A stretch of 64,000 bases of DNA, from assembly GCA_038146705.1 (NCBI GenBank), contig JAYQSB010000001.1:7166-71165 (forward strand), read 5' to 3'. Below, one piece after another: positions 63,641 to 64,000 of this stretch. The first letter of the stretch is position 1, and the number at the start of each line of letters is the position of its first letter. The stretch is from Candidatus Poseidoniales archaeon. GTDB lineage: Archaea; Thermoplasmatota; Poseidoniia; Poseidoniales; Poseidoniaceae. The notes beneath the pieces were generated by a model, which was given only the letters and a program-made list of their open reading frames with translations, was not told the DNA's origin and did no database searches. The position numbers were made by a program, and so were the translations under genes.

Positions 63641-63914
63641 AGGGATTGGCGATGCCGAAGACATCGTGAATAAGCCAAGGAAAGAAGTTGTCCATCAAGA
63701 CGAGAATTGCAAAGCCGATGGCTCCAAGAACGAAAAGGCCAATGCCGCAAATAATTGCCGTCTGGCGGAATTCTTGTTTTGTCGGTTTCTTTGCCATTCG
63801 GATAATACGTGCCCAGGACCCGCGAGTGATGCGTCGAAATTGCGACTCAATCCAATCTTGACGGTCTTGTACACGCTGTTCAAATGACTTTTGATTTGCA
63901 TTTTCGTCAGACAT
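63639..63914 (-). CDS. secE: Preprotein translocase subunit SecE (Sec61-gamma)
   Basis: RMAKKPTKQEFRQTAIICGIGLFVLGAIGFAILVL. Conserved secE-spt5-L11-L1-L10-L12 order. Confidence 0.85.
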   Translation of the reverse strand: MSDENANQKSFEQRVQDRQDWIESQFRRITRGSWARIIRMAKKPTKQEFRQTAIICGIGLFVLGAIGFAILVLMDNFFPWLIHDVFGIANP

Positions 63915-64000
63915 GGTATAACCTCAGCCCACCGAGCCACAAACCTCCTCATTATAACCACTCCGCAAAAGGTGGGAGTTGGCATCATCCAATTGAATGA

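Noticed and set aside
1-64000. Search for CRISPR arrays, rRNA and tRNA genes, transposases or integrases.
   Set aside because: Reading the sequence showed no regularly spaced direct repeats, no rRNA-like regions and no convincing tRNA cloverleaf. No ORF carries a DDE, tyrosine-recombinase or serine-recombinase motif. The only tandem repeat found is the coding 30-nt repeat in aIF-1A.

Overview
This window is a compact, almost fully coding stretch of an archaeal chromosome. Archaea-specific translation and transcription genes show this: aIF-1A, RIO1 and a Dim2-like KH protein; L21e, RpoF, DUF655 and KsgA; Pus10; and SecE, Spt5, uL11, uL1, P0 and P1. From gene content, the acidic proteome and the giant modular surface proteins, I infer an uncultured marine planktonic archaeon (Thermoplasmatota, Marine Group II-like). 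That placement was not verified by any search.

Main blocks:
- 3..10939: a surface-protein island holding a large unknown protein, a small membrane protein, a 1524-aa membrane-anchored S8 subtilase and a 958-aa protein built from seven beta-sandwich modules.
- 11038..23196: a 12-ORF Nuo-type complex I operon in the order A-B-C-D-H-I-J1-J2-K-L-M-N. It has no NuoEFG and several enlarged subunits.
- 23269..25780: aIF-1A, RIO1 and a KH protein.
- 25806..30535: two further anchored surface proteins.
- 30684..37772: a lipoprotein, a membrane-embedded Cas4-like nuclease, uS2, Dus, three wHTH regulators and a glycosyltransferase.
- 37811..43539: a HCDH/ECH fusion, a coupled GT / E1-like / JAB operon, and gmd.
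- 43546..59518: GST-like, MscS, RND/MMPL, Pus10, the L21e-RpoF-DUF655-KsgA cluster, ferredoxin, CorA, RidA, PMM/PGM and hypothetical membrane or secreted proteins.
- 59573..63914: the ribosomal stalk operon with SecE and Spt5, plus one unknown basic protein (59573..60178) directly downstream of P1.

I found no rRNA, tRNA, CRISPR array or transposase.

Most notable observations:
- A pair of canonical EF-hands flanked by His-rich runs is inserted into NuoL.
- An orphan E1-like/JAB pair is translationally coupled to a glycosyltransferase, with no visible Ubl or E2.
- A Cas4-type Fe-S nuclease is split by four transmembrane helices.
- The uL11 gene encodes only the C-terminal domain.
- Spt5 carries a degenerate Nudix-like N-terminal domain.
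- aIF-1A has a eukaryote-like repetitive acidic tail.
- Pus10 contains a SAP/HeH-like insertion.

All calls rest on reading motifs in the supplied translations. No database search was run.
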